A DNA stretch of 64,000 bases from an uncultured Alphaproteobacteria bacterium (GCA_964369315.1 CAYJEJ010000003.1:60528-124527); one strand, 5' to 3'; positions 19,887 to 29,703 are shown, numbered from the stretch's first letter. Made by a program: numbers and translations. The notes: generated by a model not told the origin, from the sequence alone.

Positions 19887-21344
19887 TTAGTTTTTCGTGT
19901 GTTCGCTTATTTTTTCTATGTAATAGTCGTCTGGTTTATCTACTCTATAAAAATAGCTATCATCAGATTCAATGGCATTAGTGTCGAAGACTTTTTCTAA
20001 TATTTCTTTCGAGCGTTCATCAGGTAATCTCCTTACGTATAATTTATATGGTTTATCAATATCGCAATAGTCAAAAAAAACAAAAGCATGGAAGCGGTCT
20101 AGGGCTTCTTCTTTAAGGCATGTCTTGACATTATTTTTTTCAAAATATTTTCCCAGAACCTCTTCGGATAGATATTTCTTTGAAGAAACCATATTATTGT
20201 TCTTATCAAAGGTAATTTCGGACCCAAAACTTTTATATGCCATCACAGGTTTGTGTTCATGTTGCTCTGGGTTCTGCTTTTCATCACCTATAACCAGTAC
20301 AATAATATCGTGTTCTTTTATGATACCGTTCTTTTGCCATTTTTCTACATCTTTACTTTTGTCCAGAATACTATTAGCCCATCTAGATTTTTTTATATCA
20401 TCATCACCGAACTGACCCTCTATCTTGCCATAAGTAGTGTCTTGTGTAGAATATTCACACCCTTGTTTAACGGGACCTTCATCACCTGTCTGTGTTGTGT
20501 TTTGACCATTAATATCAGTATGTTCAGAGTGTCTTTTTTGCGTGTCCTGATAGCACGTGCATTCGATGAATATATTATAATCTTTGCATTCAATTTTAAA
20601 ATCTGGACCACCTTTATCTTTGCCTAGACTACCATTACTAACTTTATAACCGGATTTTTTTAAATTATAGGCTACATTTAATTCAACGAGCCGACTAAAA
20701 GTTTTTCCTGCTTCATTCTTTTTATTATTAAACTCCTTTTTAAAGTTGGCATCTAGTAGCCCTTTTGCCACACTATACTTATACTCAAAAAATGGTTGGC
20801 ATCGTTCGTTACACTTTTTAAAATAGTAACAGTTTCGTTTGTTGATGGTTTTTGAGAAGCTAGCTTTTATTTCATTATAATAATCACTACCATAATTTTC
20901 ATCAAATAGCCTTTCTTCTTTAAAGTATTTTACGAAGGAGTATTTTGTTAATTTTGGGTTTTTGGGGTTTTTTCTAACAAATTCTAGTTCGTATCCGCAT
21001 TTTTCATAAAATTTTGGTGCTAAGAACTCTGAAGTCCAAAGATTTATGTTCCAATATCCTTTTTCCTTGAAATTTTTCTCTAATTCAGCAAGAAGTGTTT
21101 TCCCAAAACCTTGTTTTCGATATTTTTCCTCAACCCATAACATATCGACATAAATCTCGTCATATATGGTCAACGCTTTTATCATACCGATTAACTCCTG
21201 ATTGCTCTCATCAGTCATAAGCATCCAAAAGGGATGATAATTAGAATCTATATTATGAGCACCATCATGTTTTTTCCAACTTTCCTTTACTTTTTCCTCA
21301 AGTTGTTTCGAAATTTTGTCTACTGTTTGTATATTAAATTTCAT
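19887..21344 (-). CDS. GNAT N-acetyltransferase fused to an uncharacterised ~330-aa C-terminal region
   Basis: The N-terminal ~150 aa carry the GNAT motif A RKQGFGKTLL and KFYEKCGYE. The C-terminal part has no recognised family but contains E...GGPDFKIE...NIFIECT, a PD-(D/E)XK-like arrangement. Confidence 0.7.
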   Translation of the reverse strand: MKFNIQTVDKISKQLEEKVKESWKKHDGAHNIDSNYHPFWMLMTDESNQELIGMIKALTIYDEIYVDMLWVEEKYRKQGFGKTLLAELEKNFKEKGYWNINLWTSEFLAPKFYEKCGYELEFVRKNPKNPKLTKYSFVKYFKEERLFDENYGSDYYNEIKASFSKTINKRNCYYFKKCNERCQPFFEYKYSVAKGLLDANFKKEFNNKKNEAGKTFSRLVELNVAYNLKKSGYKVSNGSLGKDKGGPDFKIECKDYNIFIECTCYQDTQKRHSEHTDINGQNTTQTGDEGPVKQGCEYSTQDTTYGKIEGQFGDDDIKKSRWANSILDKSKDVEKWQKNGIIKEHDIIVLVIGDEKQNPEQHEHKPVMAYKSFGSEITFDKNNNMVSSKKYLSEEVLGKYFEKNNVKTCLKEEALDRFHAFVFFDYCDIDKPYKLYVRRLPDERSKEILEKVFDTNAIESDDSYFYRVDKPDDYYIEKISEHTKN

Positions 21345-21512
21345 AAATATTAAATCCTTTAAAAATCATGTTTAATAAATCGTACCATGATAACAAAAGT
21401 TCATATTAAAGATTTTTTTAATGTATTAAATTAATAATTTATTGTTAATAATTTTTGCTTCTTCTATATCTCGGGAAGCTTACACATCCCTAAAATTTTC
21501 TATTGATAATTG

Positions 21513-24500
21513 TTAAAAATAATCTTTGTTGGTTTTTTTAATAATATTTTCTAATTTTTTGGAAATTGTATCCGATGGATTTTTACCCAAATTAAATCGA
21601 TTAATTCGAATGAATTGACATCCGTATCCCTCCAAAATTTTTTCTCGTTCTATGTCTGATTTTTTGTAATAAAATTCGTAGTTAAAATGATTTACTTCCG
21701 ATAAATTTGTAAAATGTTCTTTAAAACCATCATACTCAATAATAATATTATTCGATTGATTTTTATTTCTATATTGTAGAAAAAAATCACAACGATATCT
21801 TGGATGGTTATATCTATGGTCAAGTTGTTTTAAGTAGTCACCAATGGGAAACTGAGCTTGGATAGAAAAGAATTCTCGGTTTTTTTGATAAAATTGAGCG
21901 TCTTGAATCCATAACAATACTTTTTGCTCCATGGGAGAGGATGGGTCGACATCTTCTTTTGAGGGCAGTTCTTTAGCCTGTAAAAGTTGATTTTCATAAA
22001 AGTTTAAAGCTGTTCTTATAGAGCCAGAGAATTCATTAATTGGTTTGCTGAGTACGAAGTGCATGCATTCTTTAGCCCTACTAAAACCAACGTTAAGACG
22101 TTGTAACCTAATCTTTTTTACATCATCATTTGAATCTTCAATATTTGCAGAAAATATGTAGTTTGTTTTATCAGAGACAGGGGAGGCAGTCATCGAATAA
22201 AAGATAATGTCCCTCTCTTCACCTTGACAGCTGTCAAATGTCATAATTTTTAATTTTAATTTGAGGTAAATATCTTCTGCAAATTTTGATTTTCTAACTA
22301 CATTAGAAATGAACTTTTGTTGATTAACAAATGGAGTTATGACACCAACTGATGTCGATGATTTTTCTGAAACAAGGCGTTCAAGTTCTTGCACAATAAA
22401 TTCAGCTTCAAAAGGGTTAGTATTATTATCTTCTGGGGTTTCTAATTTTTCATCATGTTGTAAAACAGTAAATTTTAAAACATCGTCAATGGGTTTTCCT
22501 CGGATTTTTATCGCCTGAAGTTGCCCATCATAAAAATATTTGCTTGAAAATGAAATAATTTCTCGATATCCTCTAAAGTGTTTACGTAGCATGATACTGT
22601 AATTGGCAATAAAAGAGAAAAAATCTAAGACTGAGGTTTTAATATCAAGCTGTTTCATCCTTTCTAATTGCAGTGTATCTTTGGAAATATTGTCTTTAAA
22701 TGATATTATCAATTTATCCAAATAACTATTGCTAATAATTTTACTCGCAGCGGATGTTTTAACGTTGCTAAATTGTCTCGTATCACCAAGGACTATAATT
22801 TTTTTTGCCCTTAAAATTGCTGGAAACGCTTGTGCTAAACTTACCTGTGACGCCTCATCAATAATGACAAGGTCAAACAGCCCTTCTTTTAGTGGGATAT
22901 ATTCTGAATAATTACGAATGCCCGCTATTATACAAGGAAAGGTTTCTTTTATGTTATCAAACTCGACACGTGGAAATTTTTGTCTTTTAGAAATGATATT
23001 TTTAAGTGTTGTTGATGTGCTTCTTTTATTTTCATAAAAATCCAATACTTTGTCATCAATTGAAGAAATCATCAATAAGGTGTGGAGTTTCGATATTTGT
23101 TGACTATAGTTTAGGTAGTTCATATCTGGAATGGAAGAAAATATTTCTTTATATTCCGTTTTCTTTTTACAATATTCATCAACAAGGCAAGTTTGTTTTA
23201 GAAGGGACTTTATAGATTCCCTATCTTTTGTTGCTACGAAAGAAAGGTCTATGCCTAAATTTTTTAAGATATTAATTTCTGGAACACCTAATTTAGGAAT
23301 TGGGAATGTGTCTGATATTTTTGACAAAAAATCAATATAAGAAGAATCGTTATTTGTTGTAAAAAAATCATAAAATTCCATAAATTCTTTTTTAGGAAAA
23401 TTTTGTTTGTTTGCTAAATCGATAATTTCATCAATCGCAACAAGAGTTTCTATAATTAATGGTGCCTCTTGCGAAAGGTTAAGATGTTTTTCTAATTTAA
23501 AAATATCATTCAATCTTTGCTCAAGGGCAACTACTTGAGACTTATATAAAAATTTAAAAAACTTTTTTGATAAAAGGTTATATTGTTTTACAATGCTTCT
23601 AATCTCTAAGAGAGGTTGTTCTTCCATTTTAAGCATTATATCTAAGTGATGGTGTAGTCGATATTTATCGTACCATGAACAAATTGAAACAAATAAGTCG
23701 ATAGTTTCTTTTAAGTTTTTATCGTTCCAAGAAGAGAGTTGGTTATTCAGGTATTGGATAAAGACGTTTAGCACTTTTTCATCAAAACTGTCGTGTAAGT
23801 TTATTAAGAATTCAAAGAAAGATTTAATATTTGGGAGTATTGGAGAGATTAAATTAATGCCATCGATATTCTGTTCGCCAATTTTTTGTTCGATTGTTTT
23901 TTCTAATTTGATAAAATTGTTTAATTCCTTAATGTTAATTTTGTCATAATAATTTATGGTTTGTTCAATTTTATTAATTAACTCTTTTTTCTCTTTGCAA
24001 ATTTTAGAGTTTATATCTTCTAATTCTTCGCTACAAATATAGTGATTTCGAATCTTACTAATAGATGTATGACTAAATATTTTACTAAAATTAGGTTTAT
24101 CTAGACGAAGTATTGGATTTGAGAAATTTTCTGCCCCTCTTACTTTATTGCATGTGTCATTGATTTTGTCTTGAACGACATCTAGAGCCTCTGTTTTGTC
24201 GGAAAGGATTAAAACAGATTTGCCTTTCATAATCATATCAAAAACAATTGCGGTAATTGTATGACTTTTGCCAGTACCTGGGGGACCTTGTACGGCAATA
24301 CATTTGCAATCTTTTTCATTCAAGGCAGTTATAATTTTTCTTTGTTCTGCATTTAAGGGAACAGGTGAATCATAAACCAAGCGTTCTGATATATTTTTTT
24401 GTTCCCAATCGGTTTCTATTTCTTTACGACGCGAGATTGGGTCTTCTAAAATAAAAGATTTTAAAAAGTCGACAAAAGCAAGAGATAACGGGTTGTTTTC

Positions 24501-25694
24501 TGGATTCAAAACATTTATTAACTCTTCATAGTCATTAAGTATAGCTTCATCTGATGTATCGAACAGGCAAAAATGAATGTTATTTGTAATTTTTAGAGTT
24601 GGGGACTGCCTTTTAGTTGATTTATGGTCAGATAGGTTTATATCCTCTAAAAATGAAAAATGCCTAGTAATATCCGAAATAATAGGCTGTAAAACTGTTA
24701 AGATTGTTTTTTCGTCATCATTTAAGTAAACAATATGGTCTTTAACTGAGCGGATTTTAGAAAATTTTTGATTATCATTATCCTTGTTATATTCTTGTAC
24801 TATATATTCAATTGCCTTTTTATTTATAAAAACACGACTTTTTTCAATAACAATAGAAAACAAATCATTTTGTTTTTCGATTTTTATTGGTAAATAAAAA
24901 ACAGGATAAATTCTTTTTTCAAAATGGATGTCACAAAAATAAAGATAAAAATCTTTTTTTTCAGTTAATTGTTTATTTTCAAATATTTCGAATATTTCAT
25001 AGAACAAATCATACAACATAAAATCTTCAAAAAAATCATGTAACTTTTCTTTGAAAATTGAAATGTTTAAAAGCTCAAGTAAAGCAAGTTTAAAATTATC
25101 TATTTCTTCATTTATAAAAAATGATGCTAGGTGTTCATTCAAGTCTTCTCTAATATTGCCCAATAATAGATTTAATAAATCATTTTCAATTGTAAATGTC
25201 GTATCTTGTTGTAATGCTTTATCTAAATTACTAGAAAGTGGTCGAATGATTTTTTGTAATAATTCTTCTCTAATGTTTTCTATGACCTGTTCGAAGAAAG
25301 AATCATAGTCATCTATATGGTTCGTGCGAATACTTACTATATTGGCTAAGTATGATATTACGAGGTTTTCTAGAGCTGTCTCATCTATTGAATTTATGAT
25401 TTCTGTTATAAGACTTTTTAAATTAGGTTTCAGATTTAATTTGTGCTGACCTTTTTTAATCTCAAATTCAACGAAAGGTTCATTATTGTTTATCAAATTT
25501 TTTAAAACAAATTCTTGAAATTTCTCATATTTGGCTAAATTAATGCCTGACAAATAACCATTGTTATCTCTCAGACGGATGAAACGTTTAGGTATTGATT
25601 GACGATGGAATCCAGTTTCAAGAAAATCAGAGTAATATCTCATCAATTCTTTAAAAAATACTTTTTCTCCCTCTCTTAAACCTGCGTGAACCAT
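21513..25694 (-). CDS. SF1 (Upf1/AAA_11-AAA_12-like) helicase fused to a C-terminal Vsr/DUF559-like endonuclease domain
   Basis: Walker A GPPGTGKSHT, a gap of more than 450 aa, then VIIDEASQ, VLGDTRQ, LRKHFRG, TFDSCQGEERD and RLNVGFSRAKE. The C-terminus YRCDFF...IIIEYDGFKEH...REKILEGYGCQFIRI matches the Vsr/DUF559 pattern. Confidence 0.8.
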   Translation of the reverse strand: MVHAGLREGEKVFFKELMRYYSDFLETGFHRQSIPKRFIRLRDNNGYLSGINLAKYEKFQEFVLKNLINNNEPFVEFEIKKGQHKLNLKPNLKSLITEIINSIDETALENLVISYLANIVSIRTNHIDDYDSFFEQVIENIREELLQKIIRPLSSNLDKALQQDTTFTIENDLLNLLLGNIREDLNEHLASFFINEEIDNFKLALLELLNISIFKEKLHDFFEDFMLYDLFYEIFEIFENKQLTEKKDFYLYFCDIHFEKRIYPVFYLPIKIEKQNDLFSIVIEKSRVFINKKAIEYIVQEYNKDNDNQKFSKIRSVKDHIVYLNDDEKTILTVLQPIISDITRHFSFLEDINLSDHKSTKRQSPTLKITNNIHFCLFDTSDEAILNDYEELINVLNPENNPLSLAFVDFLKSFILEDPISRRKEIETDWEQKNISERLVYDSPVPLNAEQRKIITALNEKDCKCIAVQGPPGTGKSHTITAIVFDMIMKGKSVLILSDKTEALDVVQDKINDTCNKVRGAENFSNPILRLDKPNFSKIFSHTSISKIRNHYICSEELEDINSKICKEKKELINKIEQTINYYDKINIKELNNFIKLEKTIEQKIGEQNIDGINLISPILPNIKSFFEFLINLHDSFDEKVLNVFIQYLNNQLSSWNDKNLKETIDLFVSICSWYDKYRLHHHLDIMLKMEEQPLLEIRSIVKQYNLLSKKFFKFLYKSQVVALEQRLNDIFKLEKHLNLSQEAPLIIETLVAIDEIIDLANKQNFPKKEFMEFYDFFTTNNDSSYIDFLSKISDTFPIPKLGVPEINILKNLGIDLSFVATKDRESIKSLLKQTCLVDEYCKKKTEYKEIFSSIPDMNYLNYSQQISKLHTLLMISSIDDKVLDFYENKRSTSTTLKNIISKRQKFPRVEFDNIKETFPCIIAGIRNYSEYIPLKEGLFDLVIIDEASQVSLAQAFPAILRAKKIIVLGDTRQFSNVKTSAASKIISNSYLDKLIISFKDNISKDTLQLERMKQLDIKTSVLDFFSFIANYSIMLRKHFRGYREIISFSSKYFYDGQLQAIKIRGKPIDDVLKFTVLQHDEKLETPEDNNTNPFEAEFIVQELERLVSEKSSTSVGVITPFVNQQKFISNVVRKSKFAEDIYLKLKLKIMTFDSCQGEERDIIFYSMTASPVSDKTNYIFSANIEDSNDDVKKIRLQRLNVGFSRAKECMHFVLSKPINEFSGSIRTALNFYENQLLQAKELPSKEDVDPSSPMEQKVLLWIQDAQFYQKNREFFSIQAQFPIGDYLKQLDHRYNHPRYRCDFFLQYRNKNQSNNIIIEYDGFKEHFTNLSEVNHFNYEFYYKKSDIEREKILEGYGCQFIRINRFNLGKNPSDTISKKLENIIKKTNKDYF

Positions 25695-25790
25695 TCTTAA
25701 TTCTTTTACTTGGAACTATATTGAAACTGAGATAAAAAAAGCACCTTATCAGTTGAAGTCTACCATAAAGGTAGTAATTTAATAAAATCG

Positions 25791-25864
25791 TGGAGGCCGA
25801 GATCGGAATCGAACCAACGTACAAGGATTTGCAGTCCTCTGCATAACCACTCTGCCACCCGGCC
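25791..25864 (-). tRNA. tRNA-Cys (anticodon GCA)
   Basis: The reverse complement reads GGCCGGGTGGCAGAG...GACTGCAAATCC...GGTTCGATTCCGATCTCGGCCTCCA. Anticodon loop CTGCAAA, encoded CCA. Confidence 0.9.
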
Positions 25865-25976
25865 AACCTGTAAAGAGTTTAATATCATAATAGTTTTTTG
25901 GTCAACACATTTTATGTGGTGATTTTTAATATTGTGCGGTATAATCACGTTCAATAGGTTTTTTTATGGTTCGTTT

Positions 25977-27398
25977 ATGAATATTAGTCGGCTAAGATTT
26001 TTTGGCTTTTTATCGTGTTTGCTTTATTCTTTTAATGTCAGTGCTATGACATTAACGCAAGCCATTAAAAATGCCAGTGCTATGACATTAATACAAGCTA
26101 TTGAAAATGCTTTCTTATATAACGCAAAGTGGAAGGCTGCTGTTTTGGAGGATAGTGCCGTAAAACAAGATTCTTTCACTGCAAAAATGGCTTTTGCTCC
26201 ATCTGCGAACGTAAACCTTTCAACAGGGCCTACATATACAAAATCCAAATCATCCTCTGAAGGTGTGAAAAACCCAGACCAGCAAAATAAAGAGTATTCG
26301 AAACAGGCTGGTTTGTCTGTGAACCAAAAAATATTAGATTTTTCATCATTTGCACAAATCAAAAACGCTAATGAAAGTGTTTTGGTTAGCAACAGTAACC
26401 TTCAAAAAATTAAGCAAGACGTCATTATAGAAACGTTAAGTGCCTATATGGGGCTTTGGGCGGCTAGGGAAAATGTAAAAATATCTGAAAAAAATGAACA
26501 AAATATTGAACAAGACTTACTAGCTTCCAGAAAACGTTTGGAGGTTGGTATCGGAATTCTTCAGGACGTGGCAGCGAACGAGGCGGCTTACGCAGAGGCA
26601 GTATATTATCGAATTGATGCACAGGCAAAGCTTGCAACTGCAGTTGCAGAGTTTGAAAAAACCGTTGGCGTAATGCCAAATGGGGATTTGGTCATGCCAG
26701 GGCTACCAAAAAATATTCCAGATGAATTGGGGAAATTTTTGGCAAGTGCTTTGAAGGATAACCCCTCTGTTAAGCAAAGCAGGTACCAAGAGTCGGTGGC
26801 CTTATCTTCTGTGGACGTTCAAAAGGGTGCGTTGATGCCGAATGTTACTTTATCAGCCAATGCTTCAAGAAATTTAGGAGAGAGAAATACAAAAACTCCT
26901 AGCTCAATTTATCCAACAGTTAATAATCAGAGTTCGAACCTAAGTGCTAAAATAGAGCTGACTGTTCCGCTGCTAGCGTTTTCAAATTATAGCAGAATTA
27001 AACACGCCAATATAAAGGCGGAATCTGCTCACATGAACTATCAACTGACCCGTCAGGAAATAGAAAAATCTTGTTATAGTTTGTGGGCACAGTTTGAGAC
27101 CTCGAAGGCTCAAATAAAACAAGCCGAACTTGCGGTTAAGAGTGCTGAGATTGCTGCTAAGGGTATGAGGCAGTGTTTGACCTTGGGGACTAAGTCTACT
27201 ACTGATGTTTTACAACAAGAACAAAAATTGCTTCAAGCACGTAGGAATAGTGTTGAAGCGAGGCGGGTTTTTATTATAACAGCGTATAACCTGATAGCTT
27301 TAATGGGACAACTTGATTTGTTAAATGTGGTGGAGAAAGTTAATATTCCTGAAACTGAAGTGGGCAACGTTATTGATGAGGAAATAAGTGTTGGTTAA
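25977..27398 (+). CDS. tolC: TolC-family outer membrane efflux protein
   Basis: Signal peptide MNISRLRFFGFLSCLLYSFNVSA, followed by the two-repeat TolC helix/strand pattern. ATG 25977 was preferred over the ORF-track start at 25932. Confidence 0.8.
   Translation: MNISRLRFFGFLSCLLYSFNVSAMTLTQAIKNASAMTLIQAIENAFLYNAKWKAAVLEDSAVKQDSFTAKMAFAPSANVNLSTGPTYTKSKSSSEGVKNPDQQNKEYSKQAGLSVNQKILDFSSFAQIKNANESVLVSNSNLQKIKQDVIIETLSAYMGLWAARENVKISEKNEQNIEQDLLASRKRLEVGIGILQDVAANEAAYAEAVYYRIDAQAKLATAVAEFEKTVGVMPNGDLVMPGLPKNIPDELGKFLASALKDNPSVKQSRYQESVALSSVDVQKGALMPNVTLSANASRNLGERNTKTPSSIYPTVNNQSSNLSAKIELTVPLLAFSNYSRIKHANIKAESAHMNYQLTRQEIEKSCYSLWAQFETSKAQIKQAELAVKSAEIAAKGMRQCLTLGTKSTTDVLQQEQKLLQARRNSVEARRVFIITAYNLIALMGQLDLLNVVEKVNIPETEVGNVIDEEISVG
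26029..26100 (+). repeat. 36-nt tandem duplication (2 copies, 4 mismatches) at the signal-peptide/mature junction of tolC
   Basis: The duplication encodes SAMTLTQAIKNA and then SAMTLIQAIENA. Confidence 0.9.
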
Positions 27399-27843
27399 TG
27401 AGCGAGAACAAGAGTTGTCAGTAGATGAGATATTGTCAGCTATAAGGCGTAATATTTCTCACATTGATGTTAAAAAGGTTGATGATGTCCCGTCTAAAGA
27501 AGAAATGGAGATTATAGACCTTGAGGAAGAGGTGTTCGATGATGTTGATGGGCAAAACTTAGAGAATAAAGACGAATGCCCTTGTGATGATGAAAAAGAT
27601 TTTAATGATGTGATATCAGACCAGTGTTCCGATAGTGTCATCAATTCACTAAATAAGTTTGCTAACATATCAATTAACGAACAAAAGCTTTCTCAGGAGG
27701 AAAAGATTTTTACACAGCAAAATTCTTTGGATGGAGTTGTTAAACAGGCACTAAAGGATTGGATGGATTCTAACTTACCCGAGATGGTTGAGCGTATAGT
27801 GGAGAGGGAGATATCCCTGATTACTGACCAATATAAAAAATGA
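27388..27843 (+). CDS. DUF2497 / PopZ-like acidic protein
   Basis: N-terminal ILSAIRRNI motif, an acidic middle, and C-terminal LKDWMDSNLPEMVERIVEREI as in alphaproteobacterial PopZ. The GTG start overlaps the tolC stop, and the stop overlaps the murE start. Confidence 0.7.
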   Translation: MLVNEREQELSVDEILSAIRRNISHIDVKKVDDVPSKEEMEIIDLEEEVFDDVDGQNLENKDECPCDDEKDFNDVISDQCSDSVINSLNKFANISINEQKLSQEEKIFTQQNSLDGVVKQALKDWMDSNLPEMVERIVEREISLITDQYKK

Positions 27844-29420
27844 TAACGCTGGAAAGTTTGCTGTCGGGCGTTTGTTACGATAGTATCAGTGTTTCGGGTT
27901 CGACGTTTTCTTTAATTCATAAAATGCTAGTTAAAGGGATTGCACTTCATTCAAATGATGTGTGCAAAGGTGGGTTGTTTGCTGCGTTCAGTGGCAAAAA
28001 TCTTGATGGTGTGAAATATATTGAAGATGCTGTTTCATTGGGAGCCCAATTCATCTTATGTGACCGAGAATATGGTCGCACCCTTCCTATTGACGATAAT
28101 TTTAGCTCTGAATTTGAAGCATCTTTATTTAATATTGATAATATAGTTTATATATTGTGCGACAACCCTAGGAAGGTTTTTAGTCGCATGGTTAAAAACT
28201 ATTGCAAAATTCAGGGTGGATATTTAATAGGTGTTACAGGCACTAATGGGAAAAGCTCGGTAGTAGATTTTTTGAGACAACTTTGGCATATAAGTGGAAA
28301 AAAATGTGCTTCAATCGGAACTTTGGGGGTGATGAACGGAGGCGAGTTATACAAAAATGTCTCTGAGAGGTGCTTGAATAATCAAAGCCACATGACCACA
28401 CCAGATGTTGTTTCACTTAATAAAACAATTAAAAATTTACTGGATAAAAATACCTCTCACCTAGCGTTAGAGGTCTCAAGCCATGGGCTAGACCAATATA
28501 GGGTTGATAACATAAAATATAAAGTCGCTTGTTTTACGAATTTATCGCAAGACCACTTGGACTATCATGAAAATATGTCAAATTATTTGCAGGCAAAACT
28601 TAGATTTTTTGAAGAGGTCATTGATGACAATACAACAGTGGTCATTAATTATGACTCTCCGCAATGTGAAAAATTGCAAGAAGTTTGTAAGTCAAGAGGG
28701 TTGCGACAGATTACTTACGGCGTGAGTGAGCAGGCAAAAAACAATGCGGACATAAGCGGTGAAGTGATTGGCTATGGAGTGGATTTCCAATTAATAAATA
28801 TCAAAGTTTTTGAAAAACATTTTAATGACATAAAATTGCCTGTAATAGGTGATTTTCAATTATATAATGTTTTATGTGCGATTGCAGGATTAATTCCTGA
28901 GGTTGGAGTGGACGGTATTGAATTTTATATATCACAGCTTGTTCAGTTGAAAAATGTGACAGGGAGGCTGGAATTAGCTGGCACATATAATGAAGCGGGT
29001 ATTTATGTTGACTTTGCTCATACGCCCGAGGGATTGAATAATGTTTTAAGGTCACTAAGAAAATATTCTACTGGAAAATTGAAAATATTGTTTGGTTGTG
29101 GTGGACAACGCGACAAAACTAAACGCCCAATTATGGGACATATCGCATGCGAATTGGCGGATGAAGTTTTTGTAACAGACGATAACCCTAGGGAGGAAGA
29201 ACCTGAAAGCATTAGAAAGGATATAATTTTAGGGGGTATTGGTTCAAAAATGCAGGAATGTGTTGCAGGACGGGGTGATGCCATAGCTCAAGCAATAAAA
29301 ACTTTAAATAAAGGGGATGTGCTTTTAATTGCGGGCAAGGGTCACGAAAATACGCAGATTTTAAAAAATCAAGTGGTGTATTTTAATGACTCAGAAATTG
29401 TGAAATCTTTTATAAATTAA
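27840..29420 (+). CDS. murE: UDP-N-acetylmuramoyl-L-alanyl-D-glutamate--2,6-diaminopimelate ligase
   Basis: Mur ligase P-loop GVTGTNGKSS, DNPR motif (TDDNPREE), 526 aa. Confidence 0.9.
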   Translation: MITLESLLSGVCYDSISVSGSTFSLIHKMLVKGIALHSNDVCKGGLFAAFSGKNLDGVKYIEDAVSLGAQFILCDREYGRTLPIDDNFSSEFEASLFNIDNIVYILCDNPRKVFSRMVKNYCKIQGGYLIGVTGTNGKSSVVDFLRQLWHISGKKCASIGTLGVMNGGELYKNVSERCLNNQSHMTTPDVVSLNKTIKNLLDKNTSHLALEVSSHGLDQYRVDNIKYKVACFTNLSQDHLDYHENMSNYLQAKLRFFEEVIDDNTTVVINYDSPQCEKLQEVCKSRGLRQITYGVSEQAKNNADISGEVIGYGVDFQLINIKVFEKHFNDIKLPVIGDFQLYNVLCAIAGLIPEVGVDGIEFYISQLVQLKNVTGRLELAGTYNEAGIYVDFAHTPEGLNNVLRSLRKYSTGKLKILFGCGGQRDKTKRPIMGHIACELADEVFVTDDNPREEEPESIRKDIILGGIGSKMQECVAGRGDAIAQAIKTLNKGDVLLIAGKGHENTQILKNQVVYFNDSEIVKSFIN

Positions 29421-29496
29421 TTGAAAATAGTTATATTTGTGTTACAATCCATTTGTATTTGATATTTTTAGCCACGCAAGGGGAGGTGATTGTTAT

Positions 29497-29703
29497 ATGT
29501 GTATCGTGTATGTAAGAGACGGCAATTTAGACCAAGCTATGCGTGCTTTGAAAAAGAAAATTAACCTAGAAGGCGTCCTGAGAGAATGCCGTCGTCGTAG
29601 CTATTTTGAGCGTCCAGCCGAAGCAAGGGTTCGCAAGAAGTCAGAGGCAGTTCGTAGAGCTAGGAAGATGGAACGTAAACGTATGGAGCGTGAAGGTTTT
29701 TAA
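29497..29703 (+). CDS. rpsU: 30S ribosomal protein S21
   Basis: The sequence [18 protein letters not shown]...[13 protein letters not shown] matches S21. GGGGAGGTGA Shine-Dalgarno sequence lies upstream of ATG 29497. The ORF track starts earlier, at 29437. Confidence 0.9.
   Translation: MCIVYVRDGNLDQAMRALKKKINLEGVLRECRRRSYFERPAEARVRKKSEAVRRARKMERKRMEREGF

Larger units (their letters stand above)
18602..25790. other. AT-rich accessory block between two inward-facing tRNA genes
   Basis: Three co-directional minus-strand genes lie between tRNA-Met (+) and tRNA-Cys (-). Composition is visibly lower in G+C than flanking dnaE and tolC. Confidence 0.5.

Noticed and set aside
18602-25790. Search for att-like direct repeats of the tRNA-Met or tRNA-Cys 3' ends, and for an integrase, at the edges of the AT-rich block
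   Set aside because: None was found by eye. The block is therefore not called a mobile element, only a compositionally distinct accessory segment.
25651-25954. Two minus-strand ORFs (71 and 64 aa)
   Set aside because: Both read through tRNA-Cys (25791-25864) and the flanking intergenic DNA, so they are spurious.
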